In this document: one piece after another, positions 41,198-48,966 of the stretch
Layout: the number at the start of each line of letters is the position of its first letter
How positions within the stretch are numbered: the stretch's first letter is position 1
Assembly: GCA_040904405.1 (NCBI GenBank)
Contig: JBBDTK010000018.1
Coordinates: 2,090 to 56,007, forward strand
From: Solirubrobacterales bacterium
GTDB lineage: Bacteria > Actinomycetota > Thermoleophilia > Solirubrobacterales > 70-9
DNA: 53,918 bases
Reading direction: 5' to 3'
Made by a program: the position numbers and the translations under genes
The notes under the pieces: model-generated
Databases searched by the model: none
What the model saw: only the letters and a program-made list of their open reading frames with translations
What the model was told of the DNA's origin: nothing

Positions 41198-42289
41198 TCA
41201 GGCGGCTTCGCGCGCGCCGAAGTAGGCGGAGCCGGACAGCGCCCGGTCGAAGCTCGACCAGGACTCGCCGGCGGGCAGCTCGCGCTCGAGCCGGTCGAAG
41301 CTGCCGAGGCGGCCGCCGAGGTTGTCGATCATGTGGACGAGGACGGCCTCGCGGGTGGCGGGGGCGACCGGCGAGCCGAACTCGAGCGAGCCGTGGTGGC
41401 TGAGGATGATGTGGAGGACGGCCTGGGCGAGGCCGGGATCGAAGCCGGGGATCTCCTCGATCTCGCGGCGCACCGTGTAGTAGCCGAGCGGGATCTCGCC
41501 CTGCAGGCGGCCGGCGTCGGTGAGGTCGATCGCCAGCGGGTCGTCGTTGTAGGCGATCGTCTTGCCGAGGTCGTGCAGGAGCGCGCCGGCGACGGCGATC
41601 TCGCGGTCGATGCCGGGGAAGAAGTTGGCCGCGGCGCTGACCGCCTGCGCGACCGAGACGGTGTGCTCGAGCAGGCCGTGGCGGTAGGCCTGGTGGTAGA
41701 CCTTGGCCGCTGGCGCGTCGCGGAAGCGGGCCCAGATCGGCGAGGCCTCGCCGAAGAAGCGGTCGAGCAGATCGCGCAGCTGGGGATCCTGCACGGTCTC
41801 CAGCAGCTGGCGCAGCTTGCCCTCGAGCTGCTCGAAGGAGACCTCCGACTCGGCCGCCAGGTCGGCGGGGTCGTAGGAGCCGGGATCGGCCTCGCGCAGG
41901 TCGGCGAGCTTGACCTTCGCCCCCCAGCGCTCGCTGATCTCGAAGACGCCGCCGACCCGGACCGCCTTGCCCGGCGCCGCGAGCGCGTAGAGCTCCTCGG
42001 CGCCCTCCCAGGCGACCGCCTCGGCGCTGCCGCTGGCGTCGCCCAGCACCAGCCGCAGCCAGGGCTCGCCGTTGCGCTTGCGGCGCAGCGCCCGCTCGCG
42101 CACGGCGTAGACGCCGGCGACCCGCTGGCCGTCATCGAGCTCGCGCAGCGGCACCCGGGCGGGCGGCGCGGCGGGCTCGCGCTCAAGCGCTGCGGCCGAG
42201 GTCTCGGGCGGCGCCTCGGGCGCGGCGACAGGCTCCGCCAAGGCGTCAGCGAGCGGCTGCTGCGTCCCGTTCAGTGACTGCTGGGTCAT
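41198..42289 (-). CDS. OB-fold + HD-domain protein (YhaM-like 3'-5' exoribonuclease family)
   Basis: The OB region is VAGVYAVRERALRRKRNGEPWLRLVLGDASGSAEAVAW. The HD region is YRHGLLEHTVSVA…LLHDLGK…SHHGSLEFGSP. Confidence 0.8.
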   Translation of the reverse strand: MTQQSLNGTQQPLADALAEPVAAPEAPPETSAAALEREPAAPPARVPLRELDDGQRVAGVYAVRERALRRKRNGEPWLRLVLGDASGSAEAVAWEGAEELYALAAPGKAVRVGGVFEISERWGAKVKLADLREADPGSYDPADLAAESEVSFEQLEGKLRQLLETVQDPQLRDLLDRFFGEASPIWARFRDAPAAKVYHQAYRHGLLEHTVSVAQAVSAAANFFPGIDREIAVAGALLHDLGKTIAYNDDPLAIDLTDAGRLQGEIPLGYYTVRREIEEIPGFDPGLAQAVLHIILSHHGSLEFGSPVAPATREAVLVHMIDNLGGRLGSFDRLERELPAGESWSSFDRALSGSAYFGAREAA

Positions 42290-42373
42290 CCTGCGACCAA
42301 GGTAGAGGCGGGGGCGGACGCCGCAACGCCTGCCGAGCAGAACTGTCGGCTAGGGTCCGCAGCCATCAAGCCG

Positions 42374-43009
42374 ATGCGCTACATCGCCCTGGCCGAGGCG
42401 ACCAGCTTCATCGCGCTGCTGATCGCCTCCGTGGTCAAACGGACCGGCGGCGGCGAGCTCGGCGTGCACGTCCTCGGACCGATCCACGGCGGCCTCTTCA
42501 TCGCCTACGTCATCGTCGCCCTCAACATCCGCTCGCAGCTCGGCTGGTCGGGCAGGACCACGTTCTGGGTGCTGGTCGGCGCGGTCGTGCCCTTCGGCGG
42601 CTACGTAGTCGACTGGTGGCTGATCCGGGAGTCGCGGCAAAGGGCAAAGCGTGACGTGACGGCGCCCGAACGAACCGACGATCGGGCAGTCGGGGTCGAG
42701 CTGCTCTGGTGGTCGGGCTGCCCCAGCTGGGAGCGGGCGGTCGGCATCGTCCGCGAGGAGATGGCCGCGGCGGGGCTGGACCCGGAGCGGCTCGAGGTGC
42801 ATGAGCTGCGAACCGACGAGGATGCCGAGCGGGAGGGGTTCGTCGGATCGCCGACGGTCCGGGTCGATGGGCGCGACATCCAGGACCCCGGCGGGGAGCC
42901 GGTCGGGCTCAGCTGCCGTGTCTACCGGCTGCGCGACGGGCGCACGTCCGCCCTGCCGGACCGGGCGGACGTCCGCGACGCGCTGCGGCCGGCGCCGCCG
43001 GCTCGCTAG
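42374..43009 (+). CDS. DUF3817-type membrane domain fused to a thioredoxin-fold-like C-terminal domain
   Basis: The N-terminus has three or four TM helices (…IHGGLFIAYVIVALNI…VPFGGYVVDWWLI). The C-terminus is VELLWWSGCPSWERAV…GFVGSPTVRVDGRDI. Confidence 0.72.
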   Translation: MRYIALAEATSFIALLIASVVKRTGGGELGVHVLGPIHGGLFIAYVIVALNIRSQLGWSGRTTFWVLVGAVVPFGGYVVDWWLIRESRQRAKRDVTAPERTDDRAVGVELLWWSGCPSWERAVGIVREEMAAAGLDPERLEVHELRTDEDAEREGFVGSPTVRVDGRDIQDPGGEPVGLSCRVYRLRDGRTSALPDRADVRDALRPAPPAR

Positions 43010-43080
43010 CGTGAGGCGCGAGATGTGTTGGTCCCGGAGCGGGCGGGAAGCAGCTACGTAGACGGTCGAAGGAGGCTGGG

Positions 43081-43620
43081 ATGAGTGCGGATGGGATTGG
43101 GATCGGCGACGCTGCGCCCGAGCTGGCGCTGCCGGACACCGAGGGCAACAGCACCACACTGCCGGCGCCCGGCGAGGCGCAGGCGACGGTGATCGTCTGG
43201 ACCTGCAACCACTGCCCCTACGCGCTTGCCTGGCACGACCGGCTGACCGCCGCGGCCCGCGAGTACGCCGCTCGTGGAGTCCGCTTCCTCGCGGTCAACT
43301 CCAACGACGCCGAGCGCTACCCGGCCGACTCGCCGCGGGCGATGGCCGAGCGCCACGACGCCGACGAGTGGGGGATGCCCTACCTCCACGACGCGACCCA
43401 GGAGGTCGCCAGGGCCTACGGCGCGCAGACCACGCCAGACCTCTTTGTCTTCGACTCCGAGCTGCGCCTGCGCTACCGCGGCGCGCCCGATGCCGACCAC
43501 CAGGACCCGTCCCTTGGCGCGGCCTGGCTGCGCTCGGCGCTGGAGGCGGTCCTGACCCGCTCCGAGCCCGACCCCGCCGAGACCGAGCCGGTCGGCTGCT
43601 CGATCAAGTGGCGCACCTGA
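43081..43620 (+). CDS. Thioredoxin-fold redoxin (AhpC/TSA-like) with CxxC
   Basis: Motifs are GDAAPELALPDTEGN, VIVWTCNHCPYA and TPDLFVFD. Confidence 0.85.
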   Translation: MSADGIGIGDAAPELALPDTEGNSTTLPAPGEAQATVIVWTCNHCPYALAWHDRLTAAAREYAARGVRFLAVNSNDAERYPADSPRAMAERHDADEWGMPYLHDATQEVARAYGAQTTPDLFVFDSELRLRYRGAPDADHQDPSLGAAWLRSALEAVLTRSEPDPAETEPVGCSIKWRT

Positions 43621-43640
43621 GTGGCCTACCGAGGCGCTTC

Positions 43641-44297
43641 TCAGCGTCGGCGAGGATCGGGCTGCGGAGCGGGCGGCGAGGTCCCGAGCAGCCGTATCGA
43701 CACCGCGACCAGCAGCAGAACCGCCGGCCCGAGCAGCACCCGGGACAGCGGCGTCATGAACGCCAAGCCGACGGCGAGCAGGATGAGCGCGGCCCAGCGG
43801 GGCAGAAATGCCGACCCGCGCAACGCGACCGCAGCGGTTGCCAATAGGAAGATCCCTATGCCCACCCCAGCGCCGTTGTACCCGAAGACGTAGGAGATCT
43901 CGAACAGGGCTCGGCCCAACTCAGGGCTGAGCTGGCCATCGTCGGCTCGCATCGCCCCGACCATGTTGATCGTCTCGGCGGCGAGGCCGGCCGCCAAGAG
44001 GAGGAGGGCGCCGCCGAACGCGACGGTCGCGAACAGGTCATCGCCCTCGTGCTCACGCAGGATGCTCCGAACGCCGCTGGCGAACAGGACGAATAACGCA
44101 ATCGAAAAGAGACTGAGGCTGCCACCGATGATGATCCAGGTGGAGGTGTCGGCGTAGAACGTGACGACCTCGCGCGCAGGAGCGCCGGCATCGGGTTGGT
44201 CGAACGCCCACAGCGCATTGCCGACGATGAACAGCGCCGCCGCCCCCAATCCGGCGAGGCCGGTTGCCCTGCGCGTTGCAAGTCTCTGATCCGCCAT
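43641..44297 (-). CDS. Uncharacterised membrane protein (~6 TM)
   Basis: ATG 44297 (MADQRLATRRATGLAGLGAAALFIVG…). The longer ORF to 44489 is Cys/Arg-rich and overlaps the divergent GNAT start. Confidence 0.68.
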   Translation of the reverse strand: MADQRLATRRATGLAGLGAAALFIVGNALWAFDQPDAGAPAREVVTFYADTSTWIIIGGSLSLFSIALFVLFASGVRSILREHEGDDLFATVAFGGALLLLAAGLAAETINMVGAMRADDGQLSPELGRALFEISYVFGYNGAGVGIGIFLLATAAVALRGSAFLPRWAALILLAVGLAFMTPLSRVLLGPAVLLLVAVSIRLLGTSPPAPQPDPRRR

Positions 44298-44387
44298 CGA
44301 CGATCCGGACTGTATCCCCCAGCGGTCCCGGCTATCGCACCTGGAAACGAGGCGGAATATTGCTTTGGCCGGTCGGTTGCGGGGAGA

Positions 44388-44903
44388 ATGTCCGCCATGC
44401 CTCAACCGAACGGAGCAACCGTGCGAAGCGCAACACCCGCCGACGCAGAGGCGATATGCCGCATCTACAACGCCGCGCTGTCGGAACACAAGTCAACGTT
44501 CGAGACTGAGCTGCGCTCGCCTCGGGAGTTCGAGGGTCGGATCGACGATGTGCGGTTACCGCTCCTGGTCGCGGATGCCGAGCGAGGAGTCGTCGGCTGG
44601 GCCGGACTCGCCCCCTACAGCGCCCGCCCCTGCTATACGGGGATCGGCGAGTGCAGCGTCTACGTCGCGGTCGAGGCGCGTGGCCGGGGCGTCGGCACTT
44701 CGCTGACGGAGGCGCTTGCCGGAGCTGCACACAGCAGTGGCTTCCACAAGCTGATCGGCAAGCTCTTCACCGACAACACCGCCAGCATCCGATTGACAGA
44801 GCGCTGCGGCTTTGAGTCTGTTGGTCGACATCGCCGCCATGGTCAACTCGACGGCGCCTGGCGCGACGTGCTGGTCGTCGAGCGGCTGCTGGACGCGGAA
44901 TGA
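44388..44903 (+). CDS. GNAT N-acetyltransferase (phosphinothricin-acetyltransferase-like)
   Basis: Sequence is VRSATPADAEAICRIYN…GWAGLAPYSARPCYTGIGECSVYV…ARGRGVGTSL…KLIGKLFTDNTASIRLTERCGFE. Confidence 0.85.
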   Translation: MSAMPQPNGATVRSATPADAEAICRIYNAALSEHKSTFETELRSPREFEGRIDDVRLPLLVADAERGVVGWAGLAPYSARPCYTGIGECSVYVAVEARGRGVGTSLTEALAGAAHSSGFHKLIGKLFTDNTASIRLTERCGFESVGRHRRHGQLDGAWRDVLVVERLLDAE

Positions 44904-45109
44904 GCAGGGGCCAATCGGACGAGCCGATCCAACTTGTTCCCCACGACCCGTCTTGGCCTGACAGATTCGACCAGGAGGCGGCCGTCCTGAAGCCCCGAAA
45001 CCTCGGGTCCAGCTTCAGGGGATCGGCTGCCAGCTTGGAGCGGCGTCTCCTATTGCTCCGAATCCAGCCGAGGGCGCAATCTGGGAGACAATGCGAGAAA
45101 CCGGGCTGA
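44900..45109 (+). pseudogene. 5' fragment of a grpB-like gene (duplicate of the start of 46616-47131)
   Basis: ATGA-coupled to the GNAT stop. Residues DEPIQLVPHDPSWPDRFDQEAAVL match the GrpB N-terminus at 46616. After 44991 the reading frame becomes unrelated and lies antisense to the PD40 gene. Confidence 0.6.
44917..44991 (+). repeat. 75-bp direct repeat, copy A (74/75 identical to 46627-46701)
   Basis: GGACGAGCCGATCC(A/G)ACTTGTTCCCCACGACCCGTCTTGGCCTGACAGATTCGACCAGGAGGCGGCCGTCCTGAA, aligned by eye. Confidence 0.9.
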
Positions 45110-46013
45110 AGGCAATCTTGGAGCTTTCGTCCGAATAGACCGTGTAGGTGATCCACCCACCGTCAGGCGAGTAGGTCGGCGAACCGAGTTCGGTGCCGCA
45201 GACCGATTTGACGTGGCGCAGTTGGCCGGTGTCGAGAGACATGGTGTCGATCTCGCTGCGCAACCTGTTCTCCCCGCACCTGCTTTCTCGAAGGAAGACG
45301 ATGCTGCGCCCATCCGGAGAGAACTTGGGCTCGGTGCCGGTCGTTACACGACGGCCTCCCCGACCGTCCGGTCGCCCTATGTAGATATGGGGTACGACAC
45401 GGCGAGATTCGCGCCACTGGACCCAAGCAAGGCGTCGACCGTCCGGCGAGTAGCTGGGGCTGAATGCAGACACCTTGCCCCGCTGAGGGACGAGGACCCG
45501 GCGATGCCCACCGCCAAACGCGACGCGCTCGATCTGCCGTCGTCCGCTGCGCGACTCGGCGGAGAATGCGACCCAGCGGCCATTCGTGCTAAACGAGGGC
45601 GACTCGGCCGCTAGTTCGCCCCGGCCCTTGGTGAGTCGCCGCAGCCCCTTGCCGTTCGGCCGGATCGCCCAAATGTTGAGGCGACCCCTGGGGAGGTCGC
45701 TGACAAAAGCGATCCAGCGGCCGTCGGGCGAGAAGTCGGGAGAACGGCTATAGCCGCGGTGAGTCAAACGGCGCGCTTCGCCCGTCTGCCAGTCGAGCAC
45801 CCAGATCGCGGACGTGTTACCGGAATCAAGGGAGCGCTGGACGGCGATCAGCCCAGGTGAACCGGGGAATGCAGCTCGAACCGCTGGTGAAAGGCCGACG
45901 CAGCAAGCCAGGGTAGCTGTGAGCAGCACGCTAAAGACGGTCAGAAGTGCCCGACCTGATGTGACCTGCTCCCCTGCCAAGAGATTCAAGTCTACCGGCG
46001 ATTTCTCAGACAC
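45015..46013 (-). CDS. PD40/TolB-like beta-propeller repeat protein with N-terminal membrane anchor
   Basis: Repeated …SPDFSPDGRWIAFVSD…, …SPSFSTNGRWVAFSA…, …SPSYSPDGRRLAWV…, …PKFSPDGRSIVFL…, …SPTYSPDGGWITYT…. GC content is visibly lower than in the flanking genes. Confidence 0.8.
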   Translation of the reverse strand: MSEKSPVDLNLLAGEQVTSGRALLTVFSVLLTATLACCVGLSPAVRAAFPGSPGLIAVQRSLDSGNTSAIWVLDWQTGEARRLTHRGYSRSPDFSPDGRWIAFVSDLPRGRLNIWAIRPNGKGLRRLTKGRGELAAESPSFSTNGRWVAFSAESRSGRRQIERVAFGGGHRRVLVPQRGKVSAFSPSYSPDGRRLAWVQWRESRRVVPHIYIGRPDGRGGRRVTTGTEPKFSPDGRSIVFLRESRCGENRLRSEIDTMSLDTGQLRHVKSVCGTELGSPTYSPDGGWITYTVYSDESSKIAFSPVSRIVSQIAPSAGFGAIGDAAPSWQPIP

Positions 46014-46098
46014 CCGGAACCCGAGGGGCCGCAGTTCCGGGAAGAGCGACGGCCAGGGAGATCGTCAGGGTGCTCTCGCGGAACCGTGATCAAGGGCT

Positions 46099-46617
46099 TC
46101 AGCGCACCTGAAACGAGCCGGAGTCGAGATAGACGGACAACAGCTCAAGCGCATGGACGCTAGGGGAATGCGCAGGCTCGGGGACGTTCCCCGGCTTTAT
46201 GAATTTCGCCTCGGTTGACTCGGCCCCGTCGGCGCGCGGTTCTCCCTCCCACTCCCGCGCCAGGAAGCAGAGAGCGAAGCAGTGCGTCACGTCACCGTTC
46301 GGGTAGTGGATCGTGTGCGCCTCGGCCTCCGAGAGACAGGCGAAGGGAATCAGGTCGTCCTCGGAGAGAGCGATCCCAACCTCCTCACGGACCTCCTCGA
46401 TCGCCGTACGGGCGAAGCTCCCGCCCACCTCCGCGGCACCAGCTGGTAGGCACCAGCTGCCATCGTCGGTCCGTTTCGTCATCAGGACTCGGCCGTCGGC
46501 GTGTTGCAGCACGACCATCGCCCCCGGCATAAGGATGAGCGCATCGCCGATCTCCTGACGCAGCCGCCAAAGGTAGGACCCGGCGAAAGGCATCGGTGGA
46601 GAATACGGTCTGGCCAT
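46099..46617 (-). CDS. NUDIX hydrolase
   Basis: The Nudix box is GAAEVGGSFARTAIEEVREEVGI. The start codon overlaps the divergent grpB start within CATG. Confidence 0.88.
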   Translation of the reverse strand: MARPYSPPMPFAGSYLWRLRQEIGDALILMPGAMVVLQHADGRVLMTKRTDDGSWCLPAGAAEVGGSFARTAIEEVREEVGIALSEDDLIPFACLSEAEAHTIHYPNGDVTHCFALCFLAREWEGEPRADGAESTEAKFIKPGNVPEPAHSPSVHALELLSVYLDSGSFQVR

Positions 46618-47131
46618 GCCCCGCCTGGACGAGCCGATCCGACTTGTTCCCCACGACCCGTCTTGGCCTGACAGATTCGACCAGGAGGCGGCCGTCCTGA
46701 ATGCGGCGATAGGGGGTTGGGCTACGGGTGGGATTCACCACGTCGGCAGCACCGCAGTCCCCGGTCTCGACGCCAAGCCGATCATCGACATCCTCGTCGG
46801 CATCGATGATCTCGGAGCCTCCCGAGCCTGCTTCGACTCCCTGGCAAAGCTCGACTATCGCTACGCGCCGTACCGGCCCGAGGAGATGCACTGGTTCTGC
46901 AAGCCGCACCCGAGCCGGCGAACCCATCACCTGCATCTCGTCCCGACCGATTCGGAGCGATTCCGCGAGGAGTTGGCCTTCCGCGACCGGCTGCGCTCTG
47001 ACCGGACGGCCGACGACGAATACGCGGTGCTGAAGCACGACCTGGCGCAGCGGTTCGCCGACGACCGCGAGGCCTACACCGAGGCCAAGGCGGAGTTCAT
47101 CCGCCGCGTCCTCGCGAACGGATCCGGATAG
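46616..47131 (+). CDS. grpB: GrpB (UPF0157) family protein
   Basis: Sequence is LVPHDPSWPDRFDQEAAVL…HHVGSTAVPGLDAKPIIDILVGI…HHLHLVP…. Confidence 0.88.
   Translation: MPRLDEPIRLVPHDPSWPDRFDQEAAVLNAAIGGWATGGIHHVGSTAVPGLDAKPIIDILVGIDDLGASRACFDSLAKLDYRYAPYRPEEMHWFCKPHPSRRTHHLHLVPTDSERFREELAFRDRLRSDRTADDEYAVLKHDLAQRFADDREAYTEAKAEFIRRVLANGSG
46627..46701 (+). repeat. 75-bp direct repeat, copy B
   Basis: See 44917-44991. The two copies are spaced 1710 bp apart. Confidence 0.9.
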
Positions 47132-47136
47132 CCCGC

Positions 47137-47802
47137 TCAGACGACCAAAGCGATGGCGAAGCCGTCGTAGCCCTTGCCGCCCACCGTCTGGATCGTCGTC
47201 GCCTCGACGCGGGGCTCGGCGGCGAGCATCTCGTGCAGACGGCGCTGGGCGCGGATCTTGGGATCGGCGCTCTGCTCGTCGGCAAGCTCGCCCGCACGGA
47301 CCACGTTGTCAGCGACGATGAGGCCACCGGGACGGGAACGATCGAGTGCCCATGCGAAGTACTCGGGGCTGTGCTCCTTGTCGGCGTCGATGAAGGTCAG
47401 GTCGATCGGGTCGGCGTCCTCGGAAGCAAGCTGGGGCAGGGTGTCGAGGGCAGGCCCGACCCGCATGTCGACGAGGTCGCCGAGCCCGGCCCGGTCGATG
47501 TTCTGCGCCGCCACGGCGGCATAGCCCGGATCGGCCTCGAGCGTGATCAGGCGGCCGCCCTCGGGCAGGGCCCGCGCCAACCAGATCGTGCTGTAACCGC
47601 CCAGCGTGCCGAACTCCAGGATCGTCCTCGCACGGATCGCGGCGGCCAGCAGATAGAGCAGCTTGCCCTGCGGCGGCGAGACCTGGATCGGCAGCAGCCC
47701 CGCCCTCTCGCTCGCTTTGAGCGCGGCGTCAAATGCCGGGTCGTGCGGCGCCAGCAACCCCTCTACGTATCGGTCAACCGCCGTCCATTGCTCCTGACCC
47801 AT
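47137..47802 (-). CDS. Class I SAM-dependent O-methyltransferase (family 3, caffeoyl-CoA OMT-like)
   Basis: Motifs are ILEFGTLGGYSTIWLA, ITLEADP, FIDADKE and GGLIVADNV. Confidence 0.88.
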   Translation of the reverse strand: MGQEQWTAVDRYVEGLLAPHDPAFDAALKASERAGLLPIQVSPPQGKLLYLLAAAIRARTILEFGTLGGYSTIWLARALPEGGRLITLEADPGYAAVAAQNIDRAGLGDLVDMRVGPALDTLPQLASEDADPIDLTFIDADKEHSPEYFAWALDRSRPGGLIVADNVVRAGELADEQSADPKIRAQRRLHEMLAAEPRVEATTIQTVGGKGYDGFAIALVV

Positions 47803-47907
47803 GGCCTGTGTCTATCAGCGCAGTTAACCCAAAGCGAGGCAAAGAAGGGCCTCGCCCCCTACATTCTTGAAGGTGGGCTGTCCCGGCTGCCCGCATTTGT
47901 CGTGTTA

Positions 47908-47936
47908 TTGCATTTCTGTCCGTAATATCCTATATT
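47908..47936 (+). promoter_or_regulatory. Sigma-70-like promoter: TTGCAT - 17 nt - TATATT
   Basis: It lies in the AT-rich 170-bp spacer 47803-47972. The -10 element ends 36 nt before ATG 47973. An AAGGGG Shine-Dalgarno sequence is at 47963-47968. Confidence 0.45.
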
Positions 47937-47972
47937 GTCCTCAAATTCAAACAAAGGCCGGTAAGGGGCAAA

Positions 47973-48242
47973 ATGGCTACCACTGCTGCGCGACCCCAGC
48001 TACTCACCGTGAATGAAGCTGCGACCTTGCTCAACGTCAACGAGCGGACGGTCCGACGGTGGATCGACGCCGAGTCGATTCCCTACCTGGAGCTGCCCGG
48101 CGGCTCCTACCGGATTCCCCAAGGTGCACTGGTCGCCTCGCTACGAGGCAACTACGACCTCGCAGCGGAGCTTCGCGAGCTCGACGAGCGCAACGCGACG
48201 TTGACCGACGAGCAGGTCAAAGCCGCACTCGCAGACAAGTAA
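47973..48242 (+). CDS. Excisionase-family (HTH_17/MerR-like) DNA-binding protein, probable antitoxin
   Basis: Sequence is LLTVNEAATLLNVNERTVRRWIDAESIPYLELPGGSYRIP. A PIN gene follows 36 nt downstream. Confidence 0.8.
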   Translation: MATTAARPQLLTVNEAATLLNVNERTVRRWIDAESIPYLELPGGSYRIPQGALVASLRGNYDLAAELRELDERNATLTDEQVKAALADK

Positions 48243-48278
48243 TCTCGACGACAGGTGCGGCGCATAGGCTCCCGCGCC

Positions 48279-48953
48279 ATGCCATTCGTCGTCGTCGACA
48301 CGAGCGTCTCCTTGCCGGCCACCCTGAGCCCGGGCGGCATGATGCGCCGCTTCTGGGTCGTCTTGGCGCTCGGCGCGCTGACCTACGAGGTCGAGCATAG
48401 CCAGCTCGAACTCGACGAGCTATCTCAACGAGCCGAGCGGGAGGGGGGCGTTGTTGGCGGCCTGAAGGAGGTCCGAGATCGCGTCGAGGAAGCGAGAAAT
48501 CGGCGAGCCGCGCTCATCGAGCTGCTCCCGGACGGAACGCCCGACGATTGGGTGGCGATCGGGTCGGTGCCCCTCTTCGACGAGTACGAGCGCAAGCTGC
48601 GAGAGATCGGCCAGGGGCTCGATCCCGCCCTGCGCGAAAAGGACATTCCTCCCCTTCGCCGCCAACTCGAGGTGGTCTGCACAATTGGCGCTCCGCCCTT
48701 TGACCGAGACGCCGTGCCGGCCCTCACCCCCGACCGGAAGGACGACGCCATTCTCTATACCGCCCTTCTTGCAGACGCCGACCTGCTGATCTCCGACGAC
48801 AAGCACCTCGTTCCCGACCGTCACGAGTATCACTGGGAGCACGAAGGCAACACCGTCGTCTCCGTCACCTTCGACACGCTCGTCAGCGAGCGGCTCGACG
48901 CCGCGAACCTGAATGAGATCGACGGCTCATGGCTGGCCATCGCGCACGGCTAA
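48279..48953 (+). CDS. PIN_3-type PIN-domain protein with a large internal helical insertion
   Basis: The N-terminus is MPFVVVDTSVSLPATLSPGG. The C-terminus is DRKDDAILYTALLADADLLISDDKHLV. These two conserved blocks are separated by ~130 aa of charged helical sequence. An alternative start is GTG 48255. Confidence 0.68.
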   Translation: MPFVVVDTSVSLPATLSPGGMMRRFWVVLALGALTYEVEHSQLELDELSQRAEREGGVVGGLKEVRDRVEEARNRRAALIELLPDGTPDDWVAIGSVPLFDEYERKLREIGQGLDPALREKDIPPLRRQLEVVCTIGAPPFDRDAVPALTPDRKDDAILYTALLADADLLISDDKHLVPDRHEYHWEHEGNTVVSVTFDTLVSERLDAANLNEIDGSWLAIAHG

Positions 48954-48966
48954 CCCAGCGACGTCC

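Noticed and set aside
38627-42277. Very long plus-strand ORF (1216 aa). Similar giant ORFs occur at 35561-38083, 33805-35706, 20350-22086, 20432-22009, 16583-18421, 18577-20271, 23397-24986, 23501-25057, 14558-15802 and 365-1873.
   Set aside because: They are antisense or off-frame shadows of well-supported genes in a ~70% GC genome, where stop codons are rare. Their translations are Arg/Ala/Gly/Pro/Asp-rich low-complexity sequences with no recognisable motifs.
44992-45109. The 3' portion of ORF 44900-45109 as genuine coding sequence.
   Set aside because: After the 75-bp duplicated grpB segment, the frame continues antisense to the PD40 gene with no similarity to GrpB. It is best explained as a duplication remnant.
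47831-47855. Hairpin GCGAGGC-aaagaagg-GCCTCGC as a terminator.
   Set aside because: It lies upstream of both divergent genes. No T-tract follows on either strand and no gene ends nearby.
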